A DNA stretch of 64,000 bases from the human T2T-CHM13v2.0 reference genome, Homo sapiens. Made by a program: the position numbers and the translations under genes. The notes below the pieces were generated by a model. The model was not told where the DNA came from. It did no database searches and saw only the letters and a program-made list of their open reading frames with translations. Position 1 is the first letter of the stretch, and each line of letters opens with the position of its first letter. Below, in pieces: positions 38,689 to 54,243 of this stretch. Where the stretch lies: NCBI RefSeq assembly GCF_009914755.1, contig NC_060935.1; one strand, 5' to 3'.

Positions 38689-38946
38689 TCACTTGTACAG
38701 CATGCCAAACCACATACTCAAGACCAAAATAATATGGATGAGAAGTCTTTATGCTATCAAATATGGGAAAGTGGTAATGAGATCTGCATTATGATAGATC
38801 ATGAAAAGGCCCCAGCTACTGCTACTCAATATGAAAGTCTTGCATGACTAACATCAGGAAACAGGGAAAAGCCCTGCTATCAAGGGCACTATTACTCTCT
38901 TGTAGCTATGGAGAGTTATATGCCTCTATAGAAGGGTTATACATAC

Positions 38947-39149
38947 CGATCCCCAATTTCTTGCAAGCTGGCTTGTAGCATCATCATCAATTCCTTGAAT
39001 GGCATCCATTTTGGCACATAGACTGGAACCTCTTCTTGATATTTCTTGTTCTTGCTTTCTTCAGATAAAGGTGCAAATACTTGGGGTCCTTCATCCATCA
39101 CTGTTTTGCATAAGGAATATAACCTATCACCATCTTCAGTAGATATGTC
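38947..39149 (-). CDS. ZW10: ZW10 exon 15
   Basis: [15 protein letters not shown]...ASLQEIGD; donor gtatgt. Confidence 0.95.
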
Positions 39150-39898
39150 CTGGTTTTGCACAGAGGAAACACAATAGAATAGAATTGGGCCAGCTCAGAA
39201 GTGGGGAAAGGGCAGCAGATCTTTGATGCATGCTGTCCAGGTGGGTCAGCTACAACATGTTTTCCAACCAATTTGGAACAACTTACTAGACACTACATCA
39301 GTTCTCTGACAATACTTCTATATAAGAATGACACAAAATATGTTTCAACAGATTGTCAGTAATTTAGTTTGCCTGCATGAAAGAGCCTGTTTCTCCAATA
39401 GAATGTCGCACAGCTTGTTGCAAAGCAGGGGATGTGATTACAAATAGGGATTTAGTCAATCTATGATTTAGAGGCATCAGCTGGCCAAGTCCAGACAATT
39501 TTCCTGAAGAATCACATGTAAAATTTAAACTGCAACAGTGTGTTGGAAAAATGGAACCTGCACAAGACTGCATTCACTTTACTAAATCAAATTATTGAGT
39601 TTACTTGCAAATTAAATGACTTTACACTATACAACGCATCTCAGGACCACTACCCAGTTTCTAACTTCCTCATTTATAATCTAGATGGTAGGCTGAGAAA
39701 TAGTTCAATCCTACTTTCATATAAAAGAGATTAAACAGTTTCTAGCAAAACAGATATAAAACAAAACTGAAAAAAAAAAAAACAGCATGAGTTAGACATG
39801 AAACATGAACAATTTCTTCAACATCACTTTCTTAGCAAAGTCACAATCTGGGACATGAATTGCATCTCAAGGCTAGTGTAGCATCTAATGGCCCTTAC

Positions 39899-40030
39899 CT
39901 CTAGGGCAGTAATTTTGCCAATGACCTCAGAAATTGCTGTATTGAGTAAAGTCCCCATAGCCTTGCAATATATATTCACTGGCAGGACATCCTGCCACAC
40001 AATTCCAAGTCTCTTTAGTTGGTGCAGTAC
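39899..40030 (-). CDS. ZW10: ZW10 exon 14
   Basis: [44 protein letters not shown]; donor gtaagg. Confidence 0.95.
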
Positions 40031-40590
40031 CTGTAGAAGAATACAGCTATTTACGTGGAAGAAAGATTACTGTGACTCGTATTTTCCAGATTTACATTTA
40101 TCATTTGTGAGTTCATTGGGAAAGTGGCATTATGCCAAAATGAGGTAAAGTAACTAAGGACATATGCTTCTTGAACATTTAACCATAGTGATATCCCTGG
40201 TAGATGAAAAGCAGACTCATCAACCTGAGGATAGGAAAACTGCAGCAAAAAAGATAAATCACTTAAGAAAGGGGAGCATTAAGATAAAAGCCAATATTTC
40301 AAATTCCCAAATCTAAGTTCAGGAATCAACTACTTGCCACAACAGACTTTCTAGGTAACAAGTTGCAATTATTGAGTCAATGAAAAGATAGTTTCGTGTT
40401 GTCTTGGTGGGAGAGGGGAAGAAAAAGTTCTTAAACATGATTGTAAAAGGTATCTAGATTTTCCAAAGGTGGGGGTGCAGGGAATCAACTGAATACTTGT
40501 TACATATTGTTTTCTGCTTTAAAAAAGCAAACAAAAAAAAAGGCATCTAAGGATAGAATACAAATTTCAGTGCTAGCAAGAGCCTCCTAC

Positions 40591-40721
40591 CTGCCGGACT
40601 GCTTTACTTGCTGCAGAATAATTCTCTTCATCGTCCATATTTGAAAAGTTCCTAGCACTTGATAATCTTTCCAGAAGTTCACCTTTCTGTGCCCGCATTT
40701 GGGCCAAAAAGCATTCTGTCC
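40591..40721 (-). CDS. ZW10: ZW10 exon 13
   Basis: (G)[43 protein letters not shown]; donor gtagga. Confidence 0.95.
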
Positions 40722-41539
40722 CTATGATGGAAAAACAGAATAAAAAATTTTAAAAGCTGCTCAATTACACACTGCAAAACCAGGATAGACAAGAGATGCA
40801 TAAACCATGTATCTGTTCTGCCTATATAAAAATAATTGCTAGATAATATCATAAAGCTGCCCTAAAGCTACTAGAAACAATCACTTTGAATACATTAGCC
40901 CGTTCCTCAAACCCCACCCTCCAGATAATATTTTCCAGTAGTTTGCTTAGAGCCCGAGTCAGCTAAGAAAAATTACTATAGAAAAAGGAACTACTTATTA
41001 TTCTGATGTATCTATACCAACTAGGGAAAAATCAAGAATTGAAAAGCTAAGTGAAACACATAGATTCTCTGCTATGATCAACATATTGATTTACTCCACA
41101 TTTCATTTCTTTTGACTTTTAGTAATCCCAAGTAAAACTAAGGGAGATGTAAGATGGGGGAGCTGTCTTGGGGTTTTGCAAAAGAACTAGCACTGACATT
41201 AGTGAGCTCTTACCAACAATACAAACAAAATTGTCACATTATAAATCCTATTATGTGAATCCTGACCTGGCAAATTCAATGCACACTAGGACTGCAGTTT
41301 GGAACTCTAACGTACCATGAAATCATGTTACAAAAAAGTAAAAAAGTCTCCCACAAAGACTACACTCACCTTATAAAATTATATAACTGGAAACACTTGC
41401 AAATTAAATGCCCTCCCACTTTCTGATACAGCTCAGGACCACCACCTAATTTCTAATTATCTCATTCAAAAACTATAAAGATACTATGTTGACAAGCTGC
41501 ATAATCCATATGCTTTCCTACATTGAAAGTATCAGTTAC

Positions 41540-41709
41540 CAAGTCTCCTGAAGCCAGGTACAAGATCCACAAAAGTAGCAGTGCCATCACAAAGAATGGG
41601 GGCAAGACGCAATCTGAACTGATGCCCGAGGGTCAGCAAGTGGTGAGCAATGTACATACAGTTGTTGTGATGAATAGCAGCCAACTGGGGAAGTTTTTGA
41701 AGGTTCTCC
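41540..41709 (-). CDS. ZW10: ZW10 exon 12
   Basis: (K)[24 protein letters not shown]...PGFRRL; donor gtaact. Confidence 0.95.
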
Positions 41710-42119
41710 CTAGGCCAGAAGGAGGGGTAGAAAAACAAAGCAACCACCTGTTACTGAAGCTGGGGTTGATGAAAGTCACAACTTCTCTAATGTATTTCTA
41801 GGCTTTAATAACTGTCTAGTTTCTAAATGCTATACATAACAAGATACAATCTCATCACTCCCACTCCCAGAGGGAGGCTGTTCTGCCTGAATGGGATTTT
41901 ATCCTATAAAACTATCCTGGTGATTAACAATAAAGAAAGATTAAGGGAATCAAGATGTTTGCCTGAGTCAACTTTTTGCACTGAAAACCTAGCAGAGCTA
42001 TGCATAATAATGTCCTTGAAATTTTACACGGATACATCTATGGAAATACAGGTTTACTTCACCTTTCTCCAAATTCCTACTTCAGTCATATAATGAAGTG
42101 TTCAATTATTTTCTAATTC

Positions 42120-43165
<1,046 letters not shown>

Positions 43166-43449
43166 TTCCGAGGTTATACGAAGGAGAAAGACAGGCAAAT
43201 CTAACTCCACTCCTGTCTTTAAATCCCCAAGGACAAGGCTGTCAGCTAATGCAAATATGTTTTCTCTTTTCTTTTGCTTGACTAAGTAAAAAATGAAATA
43301 AGAATGTTAAACCACAGTAAAGAGAATACAAATAAAACTAATAAGGTTCACAATAAGCTTTTATAATAAAAACAACAGGTGAGCCTAGTTAAAAACATCC
43401 CAATATTCAAAAATCTGAACTAAAAAATACTTTAAATAGTAAACAGCTT

Positions 43450-43688
<239 letters not shown>

Positions 43689-44020
43689 TAAACATTTTAA
43701 TTCAAATAAAGAAAACTGAACTAGAGGCTGAAAGTTAAGTAAAGGCAGTTCTGAAAATGCTTAGCAGCAAAACAAGGTAGTTCTTTTGAGTTTTAAAATG
43801 TGCATCATGAACTACACTGCAAGATTATAATACCCTAATTAATTTAGTAATAAATGACCAAATCCTTTAAATATGCGTTTTAAAATGATTTACTGCATTT
43901 TAGTGTGAATGTTAGTAAACAAAATATCTTTAGTGGGAATATAAAATTATTTGTTTTAACTTAACTTCCACATCTTAGACATACAATTATTATATAGAAA
44001 TGAGATACAGTGGTACTTAC

Positions 44021-44092
44021 TTGTGATATGTTGGTACAACATCATGGAACAAATGGAAGATATTCCTCACTGAGTAGAAAAGTTGAACAGCA
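44021..44092 (-). CDS. ZW10: ZW10 exon 11
   Basis: (C)[23 protein letters not shown]; ttttag acceptor, gtaagt donor. Confidence 0.95.
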
Positions 44093-46128
44093 CTAAAAAG
44101 AAAACATAGACTTAACAGAAATGCCTAAGAATACACTAAAAACAAGAAAAAAATTTAAACTAAGTGCATCTTCAGTGAGAGTCATAAGCTAAAACTACAG
44201 TTGCACAGAACACCTGCCTTGGTTGCTGGAAAACACCATTAATCTAGATGGAAATATAGTCTCAACCAGTATTTACTAACCAGACTACAATTCCAAACAC
44301 CTGGATGCATTAATGATTGTAAGAAGAGCCGCATTCAACCCAAAGCCTCTTTTCTATTTATCAATTTCTGTTCTGCCAGTACCCAGAGTATCCCTTCAGT
44401 AACAAATGGAGCTAAGCCTCAAGCAAATGTCACCTACTCACTGACACACTCTGCAAAGGGCAAGGTATCAATAAAAGCACTCGCTTGGTTCTTTTAGAAT
44501 CAGTCTGACTTTCAGCTTTCACCTTTTCTCCTTCTTACCTCAATGCAAGGAGGTGAATCAACATTTCTAGGATAGAATCTAGCCCTCAAGATTTTTTGCC
44601 CTTTAAATCTAGCCTTAAAACACCTACAGATTATTATTAAAATGCACTTTTAAAAGGCAAACATAAGGTTTGTGTAACTTACCTCTACATAAGAATATCT
44701 TAAGCTACGTACCTTAAAAGCTTACAGGGATTTCATAAATATTTAGGAAAATAAGTCATACCCAAAAACCCTGTTACTATTTGATTATTATAATACCTTA
44801 TTAAATTATTTCATTTTCGCTGCAGGAGCTGCTGTTTGAGTTTGATAATGAAAAAGGGGGTTGTTGCATTGTAGCTGTGGTTTTGTTTGTCCTGTTAAAA
44901 ACTATTACTTTTAGTGGAAAGAATGTCCATAGATAGTCAGTATACAAATACTGTTTGGTGTTTTGTGTTCCCAAAAAATTTAAGAAATATTGCCCTCATC
45001 TCTAACTTCTGGTCTGATATATTTCAGGAGAGTGCCATGTGAAGAAACAGTCCTATATTCATTTTGCCAACAGTCACTCCTATATTCATTTCTTCCTTCT
45101 TACAATTAACTCTGAATGGACATGTGAATGTAATGATTCATTAAAGCTAGGAAAGTATCTTGGGAGACATGTTCTTCCTAGAGCAGAATAAAATAAAGAG
45201 GTTATCTCACGATAAAAATTGAACTTGGAAAGTCCATCTAAAGATGCAATTTGATTGGGCCAAACCCTAACTGAAACTGTTTTCTCTATGAGGATAGGAA
45301 GAATGAAATTGCTAAATGCAGATTCAAACTAAAGAAGCTTTTATAAACCTGCTCTGCAATCAGCTTGGTCCATGCTCTGCCATTTTCTTCTCAATTTAGT
45401 CTAGGAGTAGGGAAGAAGCTTATTGAACAAAAACAGATTCCATATAAGATAATGGAGTAGAATTTAAGGTAACGTGAATGCAATATAGATTAGAAGTCAT
45501 CTTGAAAGAGTGAAGCCAGATCTTTGGCATGTTCCATTCTTTTCCTTCTACCTTTGGCTGCCTAACAAATTGTTATTGCTTCAAATATAAACATTTAAAA
45601 TATAAATGAATTAGGGACTGGGTTTCAAAAGGTAAAAAGAATGTTAAGCTAAAGAGCCTGAGCAAGCTGGAATAGAAGATATAACTATTACCCACTGCCA
45701 ACACAATAATAAACATTTGAGTATTAATCATTTTCCAGGTAGGATTCTAAGTTCTTTGCATGTGTTTTCTCATATAATATCATTCAATTCAAATAAAAAG
45801 TAAAAATTCAACAACAATTGAAGAACTTTTTGTTAAAAAGTGATTAACAATTTTTAATGTCAAAAAAATCCATTTGTCCATCCATACAAGTGCACCTACT
45901 TCCTACACCTTGCTCAAACATCTATGCTATTGCAAATAAAAGTCAGAGATAGACATAAATCTGTGTGATGCACTGGGTTTTTGTTTTGTTTTGTTTTGTT
46001 TCCAGAAAAAGCATTAACTTCTAGGATATGAAAACCCAAAGAATTCCAGCTAATTTTCCTGATAAACATCTAGTTAGATATGCATTTAACCAAGTCATTG
46101 CCATTTTCACACAACCCAGAATTCGTAC

Positions 46129-46367
46129 CATTGATCACTACTGGTTGTTGCCTCTAGTAAAGTCTGATAGGCGAGTTCCATTAATTTCTTCACAGACTCA
46201 CTGATACGGCATGTGGGCAAGGAAAAGGAATGTTGGTCCAATGTATTTTCAGGCTCTAAATTCATCACTTCGTGGTACTGAGTATTGGATACTTTCTGTA
46301 CTTCCAGTTTGTTATCCTCATCAGGAGTGGGTAACTCTGGCACATTTATCTTAGAATCAGGAATAAT
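46129..46367 (-). CDS. ZW10: ZW10 exon 10
   Basis: [18 protein letters not shown]...EATTSSDQ; donor gtacga. Confidence 0.95.
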
Positions 46368-46432
46368 CTAAGATTCAAACACAAAAATACAGAAAATATA
46401 TTGTTTTCAGAATAATTCAAATATAAGCACAC

Positions 46433-46740
46433 GGCCGGGCATGGCGGCTCACGCCTGTAATCCCAGCACTTTGGGAGGCCGAGGCGGGCAGATCACGAGG
46501 TCAGGAGATCGAGACCATCCTGGCTAACACGGTGAAACCCCGTCTCTACTAAAAATACAAAAAATTGGCCGGGCGTGGCAGCGTGCGCCTGTAGTCCCAG
46601 CTACTCGGGAGGCTGAGGCAGGAGAATGGCGCAAACCCGGGAGGCGGAGCTTGCAGTGAGCGGAGCTTGTAGTGAGCTGAGATCATGCCACTGCACTCCA
46701 GCCTGGGCGACAGAGCAAGACTCCGTCTCAAAAAAAACAA
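46433..46740 (+). mobile_element. AluY with an internal 16-bp duplication
   Basis: CpG-rich, AluY diagnostics (gagatcgagaccatcctggctaacacgg); TSD caaatataagcacac. Confidence 0.95.
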
Positions 46741-46927
46741 ATATAAGCACACGGTGAAGAATAAGATACTGCTTGCTTTCATGATACAGCTACGGCTCTA
46801 CAGAGTAATTAAAAGATTTCAATAAATATGACAATATTTTAATGACTGCTGAATCCTAGATGAAAGCATGTCATAAGTGATAAACAATTCCCTTAATCCC
46901 CTTTACTGTGACATTCTTCTAAGCACT

Positions 46928-47182
46928 CTTTTTGAGACAGGGTCTTGCTCTGTCACCCAGGCTGGAGTGCAGTGGCACAATCATAGCTCACTGTAGCCTC
47001 AACCTCCCATGTAGCTGGGACTACAGGCACCCACCACACCCAGCTAATTTACTTTTATTTTTAGTAGAGAAAAGGTCTTGCTATATGGCCCAGGCGGGTC
47101 TCGAACACCTGGGCTCAAGTCATTCTCCCTCCTCGACTTCCCAAAGTGCATGGATTATAGGCATGAGCAAACGCACCCGGCC
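46928..47182 (-). mobile_element. AluJ-like element
   Basis: Antisense Alu; TSD aagca(c/t)tctt. Confidence 0.9.
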
Positions 47183-48283
47183 CCAAGCATTCTTAATCTT
47201 GGCTGAAATAGCAAAGCTGTGCAACTGGCCTAAGATTTCAGCTAAATAAAAAGACCTTCAAAAATCATCTGTCTCATACTAGACTATTAGTATTACAGAG
47301 CAGCATAATTTGGGGTTCCACTGTCTAGATTCTTGAACAAATTATTTTGTACCAGGCACATGTGTTGGCTTAGTCTAAGAAATAACTCATTCTCATTCAA
47401 ACTAGCATATCCTCCCCTTATTAAAAAAAAAAAGCTTCAATAGAAAATTTCTTTTGTTGGGACTAAATGAAAGAACAGTAGGCTGTGAATGTGAAAACAG
47501 TAATATTTTTCACCCTAACTTTTAACAAAGTCATTTAACCTCTCTGGATCTCAATTTTCTCACTGTAAAATAAATAATATACTAATAATGGCTTTTGAAC
47601 CTTGTTCCTCAAAGATGCTTCAGGGATTAAAAAAAAAAAAAAAGATAAAGCATGTAGAGGCAGCAGGCTCCCTACTCCCACTGCAAGAATAACAACTTTG
47701 CACATACTGGACTTCGACAGAGATTTTCTGGCAGAAAAGGTTCAAAGTCTAATAAAACTATTTAAGTCAGTGGACTTGGCTGTCTAATCTGTAAAATGGT
47801 ATAATAATATCTACTTTAGAGAGCTGTTATGAAGTTTAAATGAGAACACAAATATCAGGGACTGGGTAGTCAAAAATTATGGCTAAGATTAGAATGATGA
47901 TGAAAAAATTTACTTACAGAGTTTATTTAAAATGCTAATCTTTGTCTGAAAAATAGTGGGCCTGGATACATAAGATTCGAAAAGGTGACTTCATGAGGAG
48001 GGGCAAAGGAAACTAAGACGGAAGAATGTTAGACCTAGTAAGATGTCTCTTAAGACAAAATGTAAAAACCAAACAACAACAAAAAACACAACTATAGATC
48101 TTTTGGGAAAACAGTGAGTACACATAGGGGAATAAAGAGAATTGAGAAACAGACCATGAAAAGCAATTAAGTTGAAAACGTTTTTTAGAAAAGGGAAGAG
48201 GAGCTTTTTTCAAAGTTGGGAAGTTTAGAAAATCTAATTCCAGGGCCTAAATGCCAAGAGAAAGAACCAGCTGGAATCTAAAG

Positions 48284-48495
48284 CAGTGGTTCTCAATCAG
48301 GGAAAACTCTGTCTTAAAGGGGGCATTTGGCAATGTCTGAGATATTTTTGCTTGTCACAGCTGGAAGAGGTGCTACTAGAATCTAGGGAACAGAGGTCAG
48401 GGATGCTGCTAAATATCCCATAGGACAGTCCCCCACAGCGAAGAATTAGCCGGTCCCAAATGTTAACACTGCCACTGCTGAGACGTCCTGACCTA
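48284..48495 (+). mobile_element. MER20 DNA transposon
   Basis: cagtggttctcaa...ggggcatttggcaatgtctg...gaggtcagggatgctgctaaa. Confidence 0.8.
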
Positions 48496-48719
48496 GAGGA
48501 AGCTACATTAGGATTTGAGTACTCAGAAAAAATGCAGTTTTACAAACTCTCAAAATTACTTAAGTAGGAAACTCAGATTATCTAGTTCAATCCTCTCACA
48601 GTACAGAAGAGGAAAATGAGGTTCAACAAGGTGAGAAGATTAAGCCCAGAGTCACAGAGCAATTCAGCAGTAATGCTGTTTACATCAAGGAGTTGTGAGA
48701 TATATATGAATTCATTTAC

Positions 48720-49300
48720 CAAAGGTAATCAGTAAGCACATGAGCACTGAGTACATAGTAGTAGTATGTATGTACCAGGTATTTTCTTAGTGCTGGAGAT
48801 ATAACAGTAAACAAAACAGTCAAAAAAAAAAAAAAAAAAACAACAACAAAACTCTACCCTCATGGAGCTTACTTTCTAGAGGGAGAAACAACAAACAATT
48901 CATATAAAATGTTGGTTGATGATATAATAAAAAGAAAAATACACCAAGGAAGGGGTACAGGAAATAGGGGAGGTTATAATTTTTTTTAAGTGATCAGAAA
49001 GTACTTTTTAAAAAGCAAATCATGTGATCTGCGGTAAGAATATTCCATGCAGAGGTAACAAGTGGTTCAGAGATTCTGAAACAAAGTAGGCCTAGCACAT
49101 TCAAGGAACAGAAATAAGTCCAGGATGCCTGCAGCATAGTGAAGGATGAATGCAATAGATAATAGAGTCAGAGAGGCAATAGGAGGCAGATCAGATAAGG
49201 CCTTGCAGTCCACTGTAAGGCTACTGGGTCTTCTCTAAATAAGATGGGAAGACACTGGACTTTCTGCAGAAGAGTGACATAATCAATTGACATTTATGTT
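48720..49300 (+). mobile_element. L2 LINE remnant
   Basis: tatgtaccaggt...ctaccctcatggagcttactttctag... Confidence 0.7.
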
Positions 49301-49855
49301 AAAAGAAACCACAGCCCAATTCAAGGTATATACATTATTTCATACATGTAAGATATGAAAAAAAAAAGGTCAAAGGTCCACTGCCTTTACAGGTAATTAT
49401 TTATATCCTATCTTTTTATTTACCTTTTTATTATTTTAACTTTAAAACTAGTCTCTCTATTAGATGAAGTCAACACTTTCATAAGAGGATATAATTTCTG
49501 GACATAATGTAGCCCAAGTGTACCTGTCACAAAGTTGTGTCCTAAAACCTTCAGAAATAAAGATGAGAATAATCTACTGTCTCACTTCAACAATAATAAT
49601 CCATTACATGTATGTAGACTTTTTCAATTTATACAAGGCTTTCATGTGCATTATCGTATCTGCACTTCACAATACCCAATGGAAGAGGTGGAGATTAGGA
49701 CCACTTTAAAGGAGACAAAACCAATGTAAAAAAGATTGATAACTTGACTCAGCTCAACAACCGTCATCCTCTCTTCCACTTTACTATATGCATCTCAAAA
49801 TGAGTTGCTTTCTCATATACAATGTTTCATATACAATGCAATATAACACTGGTAC

Positions 49856-50038
49856 CTTCACAGTGTTATGAATTTCTGAGGTCATTAGATTTCTGGCTGC
49901 CACAATCACATCCTGGCACTTTTTGTTTGCAAAATGAGAATTGATGTTACGAGCGTATTTCAGCAAATCTGTAGTATCTCCTTTTAAAAATCTCATTTCC
50001 TTTAGGGCATTTTCAAATTCTTCAGTGGACTGTATGAT
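49856..50038 (-). CDS. ZW10: ZW10 exon 9
   Basis: [17 protein letters not shown]...SEIHNTVK; donor gtacca. Confidence 0.95.
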
Positions 50039-50581
50039 CTGAGATACAAAAGAAAAAAAAGAAAAGAATCATATACATATATTCCATTACAATATTAGAA
50101 TTTCAAATCCAATGTATAAAAAAATGAGGACCAAGCTGGTCATTTTAGAATGGACCATCAATTACTAGGTATAAAAATATACATATTTCCAGCCTTAAAT
50201 TCATTAGAAAGAATATCTTCAGTAGAAATGTCTGACTCTACTTAGTAAAAATAGAAAGATCTTTAAAACAAATATACTTATTTTAGCATTCAAGGAAACA
50301 CTAAAAAGAAGCAAAAAGTAAAATGTCACACAATAGCTATTATAGCTGATATAAGTATAAATGAACATAAAGAAAATATATTTAGTAAGGAAACAAACTT
50401 CTGCAGTTAAAGAGGTAGGAAGCCAGGAGAAAAATGAAGTTATATGGAATTTGTCTCTATTCCTTATTAATAATTTACTTAAAGGTATAACTAAAGAACA
50501 AACTATCTCCAAGGAAAAACAAAAGACAGCAATAAGAAACAACAGTGTCTTAAAACCTTCTGTGCTGTCTCGGCTCTTTAC

Positions 50582-50745
50582 CTCTTCATATTGCTGTAAT
50601 TTGCTGCTATTTGTTGGAATCGAATAAACCAAACAGTTTTTGATGAGGCACTCAGACAAGTCCTCCCAGATCATGTCTCCAAGCATCTCAGCCAATGGGA
50701 CAGTAGATGTTTTTTCATTTTCCAGGTCAGTGTCAAGTGGCAAAT
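50582..50745 (-). CDS. ZW10: ZW10 exon 8
   Basis: (D)[11 protein letters not shown]...SKLQQYEE; donor gtaaag. Confidence 0.95.
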
Positions 50746-51399
50746 CTGAATTTTTTAAAAAAAGAAGTTTTAAACAAGAAACCATTCGCAGTCCTGGAAT
50801 ATTCTTAGGTTTTCTAGAATTCTTTAATTTTAAGATGATGGGGAAGAAAACAGCACAGATAATTCCACAGCCTTCTCAACTGCGTGGGACAAATCATGAC
50901 ACACAATTATTATTATTTTATTTTCACTGCTCAAATGAATTGTCTGTACTATATTACTGTCTGTACTCTGTAACAATGAGGTATTAAGCCATCTACATTA
51001 TAATCATCTAGTGCTAGCTGCTGATTTGATTGTATGACAAGCACTCAGAAGTTCTGCATTCTAACTTGAAACTAGTTTAGAATAAAATCTCACTTATTTA
51101 ATAATGAATAAACATACTTTTTTCGTCTCTGCATAGAATCTGAGTGTTTGTACTTTACAGTAAAACATAACTAGTTTATAAAACAGAATACTTCAATACC
51201 TCCTCTACAGTATATGTTATGGTGCATTTTTCGAACACATATTGAGGATGTTGTTTAGAATATCTTACTAATCAATTAAATAATAATTAAGAACCAGGCA
51301 CCAATGTAGAAGGAAGAGGACTCATAAAAGAGACTAGCTGTTATGAACCTAGTTCTGATTCACAAAGGAAGACTTAGGGGATTAAGAGCCTTAGAAGAG

Positions 51400-51530
51400 C
51401 AGGGCACAGTGACAAAGCCATTCAGGAGGCTGAGGTGGGAGGATCACTTGAGCCTAGGAGTTCAAATCCAGCCTGGGCAACATAGCAAGATCAAGTCTCT
51501 TTAAACACAAACACACACACACACACACAC
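51400..51530 (+). mobile_element. Alu monomer with (CA)n tail
   Basis: gaggctgaggtgggaggatcacttgagcctaggagttc. Confidence 0.8.
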
Positions 51531-52624
51531 GCCTTAGAAGAAAGTGAACATATTATCTCAAAGCCTTTAAGATACCTCACAACATCTAAAGTCTAGTCTG
51601 CATTGTCCAATATGATAGCCACCAACCACATTTTGCTACTAAACACTTAAAATGTGGCTAGTGTGACTGAGAAATTCAACTTTTTAGTTTTGATTAACTG
51701 AGATTTAAGTTTAAAAATAGAAGCAGGGGTGTGTGCTTATAAAGGGACAGCACAAAGGAGCTTTGTGGTTTTGGAACAGTTCTGTGTCTTGATTGTAGTG
51801 GTGGTTACATGAGTTTACACATATGAAAAAATTGCACAGAACTACAGAAACACACACACAAGCATGTAAAACTGGTGAAATCTAAATAAACTCTATGAAT
51901 TGTACCAATGTCAATTTCCTGGTTTTGATATTGTACTATACTGCACTATATATTACTATATAATATTTAAGATGTTAACACTGTAGAAAATTCAGTGGAG
52001 GCACGAGACCTCTCTGTAATTTTTGAATGGAAAAAATTTTTTAAAGCAGCAGTATAAAATACTTTTCCATTAAACACAATTTCATTGTTTTGATAGAACT
52101 ACATTTAACTGCAACTACTGCATCACATATTACTGTTGTATTGTCAAGCACTCAACAGGCACAAATGTCATTTCTGGTATTTCATATAATACATTGCCAA
52201 ACCAGTCAGTGTCAACAGACTGATCCCAACATGATTTTTTTCTCCAGACTGATCCTATCACAGTTCTTTTCCTCCATGCACTAACATAACATTGTAATGT
52301 GTTTATTTGAATATTTTATGCATAGAGCGCAAGTTATGGTGATACCTACATAAATTGTAATAGGTAGTTGAACTGAAATACTCATTTTAATTATGATATT
52401 ATTCTTTTTCTAGATTAAGAAAATATGTACAAATTTTTAAATTTAAAACAAAGCATACTATTGATACAGTCAAGTGAAGATGGAGAAGCTGGTGGTACCA
52501 CTGAAAGAGCAAAGGTAAAAAAGACTAGAAGAAAGTATGTCACAAATTTCACAATCAATGGCAGCTGCAATTTGCTACAACAGGGCAAAACAAAAAAAGC
52601 TGCTTGCTTGTTGCATACAAAACA

Positions 52625-52941
<317 letters not shown>

Positions 52942-53344
52942 TAAGACAATAAAGTGAACAATATTAAGGGACATTTTCAGCAAATACATTAGGAATTTGA
53001 TGCTTCCTGTGAAAAAAGAATTGACAAAATTAGTCACCTGAAATTAGAATTAAATGTCCAATAAAAAGTGTGATTTTAACAGGACCTGAACTTCTAACTT
53101 TCACCCGCTATAAAATAACTTGGATTCTTGCACAAAAAAGAAAATCCTTTTTAAATGGGGAGATGGCAAAAGAAGTGATCTTGTTTTTTTTTTTAATTTT
53201 CTTAAAAATTACAAGGAAAGGACATATTTTTTAAAATGTAAAAGATTTTCAATGAAGCAACCACAGAATACTGTCCATAAAATACAATATCTTTCTAACA
53301 ATATCAAAGATCAATTGATTCAATTTCTGGAAAACTGCAAATAC

Positions 53345-53644
53345 TTTTTTTTTTTTTTTTTAGTGTTTATTTTATGCACAAAGAGCCATCGTGGTTTTTT
53401 ATTAGGTAGATGCCTTGGATAATCCTTTCAAGGAAGATCACTTAGTCCAACTTAATGAAACCAATATCCTTCGCATACTGACGGAGACACTGGAGGCACA
53501 CATTGAGGCCATATTTCCAGATCAGACCATGCTGGCTTGAGCAGACACGACAAAAGCGAGAATCCTGGCTGAATTTTCACCAGTGGCTCCAGTACAGCTG
53601 CTGGTGACCTATCTTGCTCTCAGAAGTGCGATGAAATAAAAAGG
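53345..53644 (-). pseudogene. Processed pseudogene of ribosomal protein RPS29, full length
   Basis: 57 codons at 53612-53442: (ATA)[54 protein letters not shown]; 5' pyrimidine tract, AATAAA, polyA, TSD caaatactttt (53338-53348 and 53646-53656). Confidence 0.95.
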
Positions 53645-53907
53645 CCAAATACTTTTCTTTAGCTTTAAATCATACTTTTGATACATTTTTTCCAAAGGGA
53701 CTTCCAAATTTGCAAAGAAATATTATCAATTCACAGCCTAAAATATCAATCTCACTGCACAGTTGTTGTCTGTTTTCCACAGGTATTTTTAATCTTTCAC
53801 ATTTGTCAAAGAATTTCAGCAAGATATGAAAAAATTAATTTTTATTACAATGAATAGTGTTTTAGTTCTATGTTAGGGGAAAAAAATTCAGATTTATTGG
53901 AATTTTA

Positions 53908-54243
<336 letters not shown>

